This document shows positions 27,241 to 38,351 of a stretch of 63,819 nt of DNA, piece after piece. The DNA comes from Paraspadella gotoi (taxonomy: Eukaryota > Animalia > Chaetognatha): NCBI GenBank assembly GCA_051294375.1, contig CM119269.1:20474371-20538189 (forward strand), read 5' to 3'. Made by a program: the position numbers and the translations under genes. The notes beneath the pieces were generated by a model. That model searched no databases. It was not told where the DNA came from and was given only the letters and a program-made list of their open reading frames with translations. Positions within the stretch are counted from its first letter, which is position 1. Each line of letters begins with the position of its first letter.

Positions 27241-28201
27241 CCTCCCATATAAGCCAAAAAGTATTTCCACTGTGGGCGACATTTTAGATAAAAACCGCGT
27301 CGCCTTTCTTCATTTTCTCCACTTTTTTCTTCTTTTTTTTTTCTTCTCTTTATGATTTATTATTCCTTTTTTAAAAACGTTATTTCCTTCTCTTTTCCTA
27401 GATTTTCTGCGATTTTCTTTGCTTTTTCTTTAAAAGCGGAGCTCGATTTTTTTTCTTATTTCTTTTTTCATTATTTCTTCGTGGCACTTTTTTTAATGTT
27501 TGCTTTTACTCGCTTTTTTTTTTTTTTAACTTTTTCCTTCTTTTTTTATTTTTTATTATTTTTTTCTTCTGTTTTTTTATATTCTGTTTTATTTTTTCTT
27601 CCTTATAATTATTTTCTTATTTTTTATCTTTCGTTTTTAATCTTTACTCCTCATCTAGAATCCCAAGAGTAATGTTTGTTGGTTTTAAACATCATCGCCC
27701 TTTTTCGTCGTCGTTTTCGTTGTTTTTTGAGGGAAACATTTTTTATACAAAAAACGCTTGTTGTTTTTCGTATTTGGTAACAATGAGGGCCTTGAACACT
27801 ACGCCACCTTCTTTTTATTAAAAAAAAATTAATAATCATGTACCCATCTGGGCTGAAGAAAAAATATTAAGCTGTTTATGAAGTATTAAATAATCATTAA
27901 AATTATTCAGGTGGACTAAAATAAAATAATCTACAGAATAATCTGTGTTACAAACCAACATCAAAATTTAAAAGTCATTTAAAATAAAAAAAAAGAAATG
28001 AGCAAGTGTATGTATTGAAATTTTCGGTTGAATTATTCGAAAGACATAATTTTCTTGGAAAGAACGGGCACGCTTTACTGCCCGACTGTTCGCGATTTCC
28101 TCGGGCAGAAACAGGCAGAGGCAGCGAAGTCTCAGTGCGGGCACGAGAATGATTTCCCTCGATGCAAAAAAAAGGAAGGAGAGAGAAAGAGAGAGATGCG
28201 C

Positions 28202-28284
28202 TTTTTTTAAAGTCGCGGATCCTTCGGCGACTCTATAAGGTAACTTCTGATTGGTCTGCTGGTCGTTTGGTCGTTTCGTCGGTC
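28202..28284. mobile_element. Helentron/HINE (DINE-1-like) terminus remnant
   Basis: T-run, then an AGTCGC...GCGACT stem-loop, CTATAAG, and a degenerate (GGTC)n microsatellite. Related motifs at 6276-6387, 4150-4210 and possibly 62935-62965. Confidence 0.45.
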
Positions 28285-28571
28285 TTGTTATCAATTGGTC
28301 ATTTTAGATATACTGACCCAAGGTTATGAATCATAAAACCCTTATTATAGATCTGATATCGTAAAACGAAATATTCTAAAATTCTAAAAATTATGCTTAA
28401 TTTATTCTCCAGAAACCTAATTATTTTATATTTTTATTAAAATATTGAAAGAGCAAAAGACTAATATTGCTTATAGCCGAGACTAAGGGGCTTGAGTGCT
28501 TTCTTTTTTTTTCGAGCTCGGCGCAAGTGAGGAACATTTATCACATAAAACAACCTTGGCGGCGTTTGGTG

Positions 28572-28603
<32 letters not shown>

Positions 28604-28901
28604 AAACTGTGTTACGATGAGGAAGGCGGTCCTAAAAGCTTACTAAAAACATACAATGACATGGAAAGCCATGGAAGAAAACACTTTCGTATGCCAAAAC
28701 AAATTTGCTAATACAAACGTGTGCCTTGAAATATCTAAACGACTATTAACATTAAAAAAAACCGCGGTGGGTCGATGGGAAGAAAATAAGTGAAATACTA
28801 AAAGGAGTTGATTGATAGTTTTTTTTTTTTCTTTCGAGAATGAATAATTCAGAAAAGAAATGAAACGGAAATAAGCGAGAGATTTCTAGACGCTCTCATA
28901 C

Positions 28902-28945
<44 letters not shown>

Positions 28946-29386
28946 AGAGAGACTGTTTTTTTAAAATAATCATTTTAAGAAATGTATGCTTACCATGCAA
29001 ACCCGCTTGTTTTCCCTTTTTTCATTGTTTTCTTTTACTCCACTATTTACTGTTTACTGTTTACAGTTTATTGTTCTTCCGAGAGTGACTCATTTCTGTT
29101 CGTTTATCTTCGATATGGTCTTGTTTTTTTTTCACGGCAACCAACCAAAAGAGAAAAAAAACATGAATCATTGCCAATAGAGTTACAAGATGGCAGAATT
29201 ACTCTGGGCCTACTATTCTCATATTTTTTTTTTTTTTAATTAACTTAATTAAATAAAAAGATTTTATTTAGTCTCTGTTCTTTTCTCTGTTTGTCAAAAT
29301 TTTGTCTTCCATTGTTTTTACTTGAAAATATTTTAAGATATAAACAGTGATCTTTGAAATTTAAGCATCGGTTAGGAAAAATTAAC

Positions 29387-29472
29387 TAAGAGAAAGTTTG
29401 ATTTGTTTACAACAACGATTTGTTTTTGAAATAAAACAAATCGTTGTTGTAAACAAATCAAACTTTCTCTTA
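29387..29472. repeat. Perfect hairpin, 40-bp arms and 6-nt loop
   Basis: 29387-29426 (TAAGAGAAAG...GATTTGTTTT) is the exact reverse complement of 29433-29472; the loop is TGAAAT. Confidence 0.95.
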
Positions 29473-29749
29473 ATCAAAACACAACGAAAGAAAGGATTAT
29501 ATACCACAATGTCTACTCTCGAAAAATTAACTATATAATCCTAACTAACATGGTTTTCAAAAGTAAAATATTAGGACATGTTTGAGAAAAGGGTTCAGAA
29601 TATCTAACGAAAAAAAAGACTGTTTATAATCGTATAAGAGTTTATAGTAACATACATTGCTGACTTTTTATAGTTTACTGGAAATATAATTTAAATTATA
29701 GGAGTTAACATTTTAAAGCAAAATTGATGCAACCGCTCGTTGTATCACA

Positions 29750-29978
29750 TGAAACATTCTTTGAAATAATATACCACCTCATTGATAGGGAAGCCAGGTT
29801 CACTGGGAGTGAATAAATAAGACTGTGAGAGAGTCTTGATTGAAAGCTTGCAGAAACCTGCTATGTTATTATCTTGTAAGTGTGATGGAGGCCTTAAACC
29901 ACCAAAGCCTGTCCAAAGTCAGGGACAAGATAGCTTATTTATTAAATGAATGGATAATTTTTATATTGGTTGTACCAA
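29750..29978 (+). repeat. Dispersed ~225-bp repeat, copy 2
   Basis: Reverse-complement homolog of 26191-26411; family not recognised. Confidence 0.85.
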
Positions 29979-30245
29979 TTTTATGATATTACACAAATTA
30001 TTCGTAAACTGAAAAAGGATAAAGCAAAAAAAGCTTCGCAAAAGAATAGATTTCCTTTCCTGTTTTATTTCTTTTTCTCTCTTCTTAAAACGTAAAACAA
30101 TAAAAGAATCCCTTTAATGGAATTTAAAAAAAAAAAAAAATCAATTCAATGGAATTTCTTTATATGAAAATTTTCATCGAAAATAAATGAGTGAAAAAAA
30201 GGGAATCTCCTTGAAGGCGAATCTAATATTCTCTGGTTTGATATA

Positions 30246-30367
<122 letters not shown>

Positions 30368-31489
30368 TTCCACTTTCTTTCAGTCTGTCTCTATCTCTCT
30401 CTCTTGTTATCCCTTTTCCTTCTCACAGATGAAAATTATCTATTTTTTATCGAGGATTTGAAAAATTCAAAAGGCCACTCAATCTTCGTTGACGCTGTCA
30501 TAATCTTTCCCCTTAAACTCAAGTCTTTGTGGTAAAAGAGTTTTTTTTTTTTTTTGGCCAAATAGTTTGGAAACGTCACAACGAGACAATTTTCGTCACT
30601 TTTTATCCATATTCACATCTTTAAAACGCATCAACGATGAAAAGAGTGAAACATTAAAAAAAAAAAATTATAGAAAAAATTTGCAGAAAATCATTCGTCA
30701 TTTCTAACTGAAACAAATTTTACATTTTATTCTTTTTGAAAACACTATACTTTTCTTTTTCTCGTGTTTTATGGTCGCCATCTTATTTTTATTTCACATA
30801 GTTATTTCCCAGATTTAAAAACAAAAAAATTAAAGACTCAAATCTCTCCCCCTTTTTTTTCAGGAATTTCGAGCCGCCACCGCAGAAATAATTTCCACAA
30901 CTGCGACTTAGTGTTCCGTGAAAAAAAGTAATAAAGGAAAAAGAAAAGAAAAGAGCCAACTGTGATGCACGAAAACAACGAAAAGGATTAACTTGATTTA
31001 CAAAACAATCGTGAAGCATCGAAAACGTAACCAAATAAATCTAGTCAACGTTTAAATTTACTTTTCTCTGTCCTGTCATCATTTTCATAGTCACCGTCAT
31101 CGTTATTGGTTTTGTCATTGTCATCTTCATCCTCCTCCTCTTCCTCATTGTCTAACGACTTCCGAAAGTAAAAAAAAAAGGCCAACGGCGCCATCGTCTG
31201 CCAAAGAACTAATTTCCAGCCTAAAAAAAAACGAAAAAAGACAAAAAAAGGAAACATAAAAAAAAGAGGAAGTCTAACCAAAGGCCGGATAATTCTCGTA
31301 AAACTAAGCCCATACAACCATTTTACGTCGTCTCCCGCCTCTCTCTCCTCCTCCGTCTCCTCGCTCCCTCCCCTCTCCGCGTTCTCTCATCTCCACTCTC
31401 CGCCCCATCTCCTCTCCTCGTCATCGCCTCCTCGCTCCGTCCTCTCTCTCTCAGTTTCTTTGACTCTCTCTCTCTTTCTATCTCTCTCC

Positions 31490-31959
31490 CCGCTGGAACT
31501 GTTTACTCCATCGAATCGGACCGAAATCCGACGTCGGCGCCATCTTCGGCGTTCCACAGTGGCGCTCGTAATTTCATTGATGGATATTGTCGTCTACTCA
31601 TAATTGGCTGATCTGTCGATCTCATCGTCTGATTGGGGGATTCTTCCCTGTTCTCTAAAATCTAATTCTCAAGGAAAGAGTCTCTGTCGTCTTCTCCATC
31701 CATTAAAAAAAAAAGGCGCCAGAATAGTTAAAACTTTTAACGTCCTCTTTTCCCTTCGCGACCAAAAGAGCGCGCCACGAAATTTAGCGTTCTCGCCCCG
31801 GCGTCACTCCCCTCGGGACCGCGAGCATTCTCGGCGGCGCCGGTCGCCGTCTTGAATAAAAGCGACGGTTTCGCGCCGACGAATCGGCGCCATTTCCGGC
31901 GAGAGAGATCCCATTTCGCGCCTAATTCCGGTTCCGAGCCTTCCCCATTTGTTCTTTCG
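31490..31959. promoter_or_regulatory. CpG/GC-rich block upstream of the first PTPN4-like exon, candidate promoter
   Basis: Locally high GC and CpG content with GGCGCCATNTT (YY1/Pho-like) motifs near 31537 and 31886. Positioned just 5' of the putative UTR/exon 1. No transcript evidence. Confidence 0.35.
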
Positions 31960-32129
31960 NNNNNNNNNNNNNNNNNNNNNNNNNCTCTCCCTCCTCTCTC
32001 TCTCGTCTCTCTCTCTCCTGAGTACTCTCTCTCTCTCTCTCTCTCTCTTCTCCCTCCGCTTTCTCTCCTCTCTCTCAGCCTCCTTCTCCTCTCTCTTCCT
32101 TCTCTCTTCTCTCTTTTTTTCCTTTTTTT

Positions 32130-32160
<31 letters not shown>

Positions 32161-33140
32161 CATCTTTTTTTTTCCCTTTTTTTTGTTTTCCCTTTTTTCC
32201 TCCTCCTCCTCCTTTTTTTTTTTTTTTTTTTTTTTTTTTTCTTTTTTTCTTCTACGAAAATCCATAAAGTTGGACAGGCAAAAACTCTTTTACGAAAAAA
32301 AAAAGAAAGAACTGAAATACATAAGACCTTGAAAGAAAGAAAAAAATATTGCGCGTGTGCAAGGTTTTTTTTTATAATGTCGCATTCCGCTCTCCCGATT
32401 TGGCCATCGATTTAGAACAGCTACTTCCGATTTGGGCGCTACTTTTTCGGCTTTCTCTTTCTCGAAAATCTCTTTTCCCTTCCACGTCTTTTTCGCGCAC
32501 GTTCTTTCTTCTCCCGAGTGACCATGAGCTCCTTCTCAAAAACAACATATCCCTGCCGTGTGGAAGACCGCGCGCAACGCGACGCCTTCAGATTCGCGCC
32601 AACGGAAAGCGTCCCCCTGCACGACGATGACCGCGGCGGTACTTAGCTTCTTGACCTACCGTTAAATAGTATCTTTCCTCCAACGTTCCAAAGAGACAAA
32701 CAATAACACAAATTCTCGCGGCGCATTTATGAAGACCGAAAGTGGCGCCGTCGAACTCGAAACGAGAATGACATCCCCGTCCACCCGAAATCGGGGTTCC
32801 CGGAAATCTATCCGGAAATCCATCCGGAAAATTCTATCCGGAATTATCGGTCCTGAGATCCGCGAGTGAACCTTTCCCACTCTTCGAAAGCTCTTTGCTT
32901 CGTCTAATGATGAAATTTATATCTTCGCAAATTCAATCGCGCTTGCGTATTCCCTGCGACTACCATTTACTCGTTGGAGCTCTCCTTCCCATTCTTCGTC
33001 TTTTTTACCTAAATCGTCCTTACTTTCTGTGTAGCCCTGCCCTCTCCCCCCTCTTTAAATCCTCCCCTTCTCCGCCCCATAAGCCCCCCCTCTCTCTCCG
33101 ATCGCCCCTTTTCCATCCGGCGATCCTTCCGTCGAAGTCC

Positions 33141-33229
33141 ATGAGGATGAATTCGACGTCGCTGGAGGGCCGCGTCGACGCCAGACCTTCAGAGTCGCCA
33201 CCTCCAAAGATTTCAGAATGTCCACTCAG
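33141..33229 (+). other. Indel-containing duplicate of the putative first coding exon (probable read-error copy)
   Basis: Same ATGAGGATGAATTCGACG start and AG|GTGAGC end as 34670-34752, but with small insertions that shift the frame. Lies inside the 32241-33830 duplicated block. Confidence 0.7.
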
Positions 33230-33627
33230 GTGAGCCGAGTTCGTTGATTATTTTTTGGATTTTAATAAAATTATTTAGACATGTGGTATATATATGATTG
33301 TAAGCGTTACAATGTCGCGCCCATAATTCATTTTGAATAGAATCACTGAAAAAAAAAGTTTTGAAAGCTGAAAGTACGACTTTAAAAAGTTGATAGATTG
33401 AGAATTGATAATTTAAAAAAAAAAAAAAATTTCCAAAGTCAAAAGAAAGAGTGAAGAAATAACCAATTGCAATGCGACGAAAAAAACAAAGAGAAAGATG
33501 AAAGAAAAAGAAGTTTGAAGGTTTTCCAAATTTGGTTCCGTTCACATTGCTTTTGAAGGTGAATCCCTTAAGACAAATTTTTTTGGCCGGAAAAAGAGAA
33601 TAATCCCCGGGTGAGAGAAGAGAGGAG

Positions 33628-33661
<34 letters not shown>

Positions 33662-33684
33662 GAGAGAGAAGAGAGCGAGAGGAC

Positions 33685-33725
<41 letters not shown>

Positions 33726-34669
33726 GAAGAGAGAGAAGAAGAGAGGAGACAAGACAGAGAGAGAAGAGAAGAGGAAGAGAGAAATATTATGTTCAAACAA
33801 AGAGAAAAAAAAAAGAAAAACGAGGGGAGTATCTCTTTTCTTTTTTCTTCTACGAAAATCCCATAAAGTGTGGGAAGGCAACTCTTTTACGAAAAAAAAA
33901 GAAGACTGAAGACTTAAAAAAGGAAAATATTGCGCGTGTGCAAGTTTTTTTTAATTCGCATTCCCGCTCTCCGATTGGCCGATCGAGTTTAACAGCTACT
34001 CCGATTGGCTACTTTTTCGGCTTTCTTTCTCGAAATCTCTTTCCCTTCCACGTCTTTTCGCACGTTCTTCTCCCGAGTGACCATGAGCTTCTCAACAACA
34101 TATCCTGCGTGTGAAAGACCCGCGCGCACGCGACGCTTCAGTTCGCGCCAACGAAAGCGTCCCCTGGCACGACGATGACCGCGCGCGTACTTAGCTTCTT
34201 GACCTACCTTAAATAGTATCTTCCTCGCAACGTCCAAAGAGACAACAACAATAACACAAACAATTCCTCGCGGCGCTTTATGAACCGAAAGTGGCGCCGT
34301 CGACTCGAAACGAGAATGACATCCGCGTCACCCGGAAATCGGTCCGGAAATCTATCCGGAAATCCATCCGGAAATCTATCCGGAAATCGGTCCTGAGATC
34401 GCGAGTGAACCTTCACTCTTCGAAAGCTCTTTGTTCGTCTAATGATGAAATATTTATATCTCGCAAATCAATCGCGCTTCGTATTTCCCGCGACTCATTT
34501 ACTCGTTGGAGCTCCCTTCCCTTCTTCGTCTTTTACCCTAAATCGTCCTTAGCTTCTGTGTAGCCCTGCCCTCTCCCCCCTCTTTAAATCCTCCCCTTCT
34601 CCGCCCCATAAGCCCCCCCTCTCTCTCCGATCGCCCCTTTTCCATCCGGCGATCCTTCCGTCGAAGTCC

Positions 34670-34752
34670 ATGAGGATGAATTCGACGTCGTTGAGCGCGT
34701 CGACGCCAGACTTCAGAGTCGCCACCTCCAAAAGATTCAGAATGTCCACCAG
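34670..34752 (+). CDS. PTPN4: PTPN4/Ptpmeg-like phosphatase, putative first coding exon (MRMNSTSLSASTPDFRVATSKRFRMST+AG)
   Basis: Open frame from ATG 34670 to donor AG|GTGAGC at 34753 (phase 2). Joined to the A at 37560 it reads ...SKRFRMST-R-TYNVRASELA, resembling the PTPN4 N-terminus as I recall it (MTSRFRLPAGRTYNVRASELA). Start codon choice is uncertain. Confidence 0.7.
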
Positions 34753-37559
34753 GTGAGCCGAGTTCGTGATATTTGGATTTTATTTAGACATTAGGTATAT
34801 ATTATGATTGTAAAGGCGTTACGATGTCGCGCTCATTTTGAATAGATCACTGAAAAGTTGAAAGCTGAAAGTACCGACTTAAAAGTTGAAAATGAGAATT
34901 GATAATTTAAAAAAAAAAATCAAAGTCAAAAAGAGTGAAGAAATAACAATTGCATGCGAGAAAAAAACAAAGAGAAATAGAAAGAAAAAAGAAAGTTGAA
35001 GGTTTTCCAATTTGGTTCCGTTTCATTCTTTTGAAGGTGAATCCCNNNNNNNNNNNNNNNNNNNNNNNNNNNNNNNNNNNNNNNNNNNNNNNNNNNNNNN
35101 NNNNNNNNNNNNNNNNNNNNNNNNNNNNNNNNNNNNNNNNNNNNNNNNNNNNNNNNNNNNNNNNNNNNNNNNNNNNNNNNNNNNNNNNNNNNNNNNNNNN
35201 NNNNNNNNNNNNNNNNNNNNNNNNNNNNNNNNNNNNNNNNNNNNNNNNNNNNNNNNNNNNNNNNNNNNNNNNTGTTCACAAGAGAAAAAAAGAAAACGAA
35301 GGGGAGTAAAAGACGACTAGTAAAACGCACTATGCTGTGCTATGCTATGTTTCGTCGGAAATTGACGTTTTACGATTAAACTCAATTTTTGGTATAAGGC
35401 GGAATAACGAAAAGGCTGACAATTTCTATACTAATCCAATATCAAAAACCATCACAAAATTAGGAAATATGATTGCCGTTTCTCTCCCATGATTCAAAAA
35501 GCAAAGCTGGAAACGAAAATTGTATTTATTTTCGATATTTTTCCCTCAAGGGGAGAAAAAAATAAAAGGTTGTGAGGAAAATGTATTCCTCGCAGTGTCT
35601 CTTCCCTGATCCAATCTGTTTTCCTCTTCGGGTGATTACTCTCACCATTTCGACAGAGTTTCCGTTTGGGTCTCAAAAAGCCTAAAGGGAAAAAAGGGGA
35701 AGAAGAACATAAAAGATGAAAAAAAGGAATAGAGGGGAGGAAGATGAAAAGGAAAGGTGGAAAAGAGGTGTAGTGGGGAGGAAGAGGAAAAAGAAAGGTG
35801 GAAAGGAGATGTAGTGGGGAGGAATTAAAAGGTGGAAAAGGGAGGAAGGAAATATGGTGATAGTTCAGGTAAAAATATAAATGAGGATATATTTTGAAAA
35901 GAATAAAATAAAAAAGAACCAAAAAAATGAATAGAATAAAACGAATAAAACGAATAAAAATAATAATCAGAATTAAAATAATAAAAATTATAAAAACAAT
36001 GAAATATCTACAAGTGAAGAAAAATAAAATAATAACAAAACAATTCTGAAAAAAATGCACAGAAAAAAGGGAAGGATTGTGGGCGGTAGAAAGAAAGAGC
36101 TAAAAAAACTAATGTGAAAAAGAAAATGAAAAGAAATAGGGAGAAGGAAACGAAAATAGAAAACATAATAAAAGTTGAAGAGAAGAAAGAAAAGGGAGGA
36201 AAGAAGGGAGAGAAAACGAAGAATAATGAAACAAGAAAAAAAAGGAAAGAAAAGCAAAAAAAAATCAGAAAAAATGAAGAGAAAAGAAAAAGAAATAAAA
36301 ATTCGACGTGAGAAAAAAAAAACGAAAATTGATGGTAAACGAGGAAGAAACAAGAGGGATCGCGGAAGGGAGGAAGTGTAGAGAGGGAGAGAAGATAAGA
36401 AGAGAGAAGGAAAGAAGAGAAAATTAAAGTCAGGAAAAGAAAAGAAAAGAATTTTTCTCGTGAACCGAGTTTCTCTTTATTGCATCTTTTACATAGTCTG
36501 AAACCCATCCGATGAAATTCATAATAAACTTGAAAAAAAAAGTAACGCAACTGGCATAATTTGAGAAACTGTAGTCTTTTGATTTATTTTCATTATTTGA
36601 CTAAGGCATTTTAAAATTCTTATTCATGAATTAAAGAAACTTGTTTATTGAGTCTTTATCTATTTGGTTTTAAAACCTGTTTCTTGCTGTCTCTCTCTTT
36701 TTCTGTCTCTCAGGCTCTTTTCCTCTCGAGACGGAAAAAAGTCAATTTAGTGGAACGAGTTACTTTTCAGTTACTTTTCGATTTTCGGTTTCTTCATTCC
36801 AAAAATATTATTTAAGGAAGAACTCCTGCGATGATATTCCTCAGAAATAAAAAAAATATAAATTGGGTTTTAATTTATATTCTAATCGTTTATATAATCA
36901 TATTTACGAGATCAAATAAAATCGGAAGTAAAAATTTAAGAAGTTCTGTGAGCCTGATTGACTTTAAAAGCTCTTTAATGATTTCTCAACAAAACTTGTT
37001 TCTGACGTTGCTTTTTTCGGTTCTTTTTAGTCAAATTATTTGTGAATTTTTATATAGTCCTTTCCTTATTTTTATCAAGCTTTTTTGTTTGTTTTGTTTT
37101 TTGGTTTTTTTTTTGTAACTCGACAAAAAATATTTTTTAATTTCATAAAAATTACTTTTTGATCCTATCAATTACCGAAAAAAACTCGAAATAGTTTTTA
37201 ATTTTTAACTATTATATATCACCTTATAAATACAGAAATTGCATTTGTGATTAAATGTTTTTATCTAGTACTATAGTTTATTTCTTTTCCAAATCACAGT
37301 GCGGCGTGAGGAAAAAATATTTAAAAAATATAAAAATTCAATTTGGCTCCAAATTTTCTCTGAGAGGTAAAGTGAAAACGAGGGGCTGACGCAGAAGTGA
37401 AAGGAAAATCTTTCTCTTTTCATTTTCCTCATTGTCAAAACAAAAACCGTTGAAATTGCAATTTAAAAAAAAAAAAACTCGACTTACGTCATCAAATTAT
37501 TAGCATTGATGTACACAGCGACGTAACTTTCTTTATTTGATCCTATTTTTGTAACACAG

Positions 37560-37668
37560 AACCTACAACGTTCGTGCGTCAGAATTGGCTCACACGAAAA
37601 ACACTAAGTCGTTCAAGTCGATCAAATGCATCGTCCACTTTTTGGACGACACTGAGGAGACGTTTGAG
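37560..37668 (+). CDS. PTPN4: PTPN4/Ptpmeg-like exon, start of FERM F1 lobe (TYNVRASELAHTKNTKSFKSIKCIVHFLDDTEETFE)
   Basis: T-rich tract plus CAG acceptor at 37557-37559 and consensus GAG|GTGAGT donor at 37669. TYNVRASELA is characteristic of PTPN4 and C-x-V-x-F-L-D-D is a FERM N-terminal motif. Too short for the ORF track. Confidence 0.9.
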
Positions 37669-38351
37669 GTGAGTGGAACTTTTGACGGTCAACTAGTGGA
37701 GGAGTTAGTGGGTCAGAGAGTCAGTTATACTGGCCTGGATCACCTTGGGGCAAATTAGTGCGTGAAAACGAATGTTTGTTGGCAACAAATGCAAAATGTA
37801 CATGAAATAAGCGAACGCTGACAGAACTCAGAAGGATTAATAAAGTTTAACAAAAAATCGTAGTTTCGAAATGAAAATTGCAGTTTTACGCTGTTTATTA
37901 CTATTTTATGTACATTTCTTTTCCTTCAGTTTCCATCAAAATGTTGACGATATCTTCTTATGTGAACTACTAAAAATTTTATTTTTCCCCCCTTTTCCCC
38001 TTCTTTACTTAATTTTTTATCGCGTTGTGTCTTTGTACCCCCTTAAATTGTACATTTTTTCCCTTTTTTTCCAATTTTTTTTCCCCGTCTATTTGTAAAT
38101 GACTTTGGTTTGACCTACTATTCGGTTTTTATTCGATACCAAATAAGGAGAAAGGAAGAGTCCGTCTTGAGATCGTCCTCAGACTCTTATGTAGATTACA
38201 GAAACAATGGGGAAGGAAATGTTTTCGAGTCCCAGGGAGGACGGAGGAGAAAGGTCGGAAGTAAGGAATTCCTAGTATAAAGTAAGAAGTAAAGAGTCAA
38301 GGGTTAACGATAACGATGACTATTACNNNNNNNNNNNNNNNNNNNNNNNNN

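Larger units (their letters stand above)
32241..35308 (+). repeat. ~1.5 kb direct tandem duplication (32241-33830 and 33840-35308), probable assembly artefact
   Basis: Both copies start cttttttcttctacgaaaatcc and end gaaaacga(a)ggggagta. Differences are mostly 1-2 bp indels. A 25-N gap (31960-31984) lies about 250 bp upstream. Confidence 0.9.
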
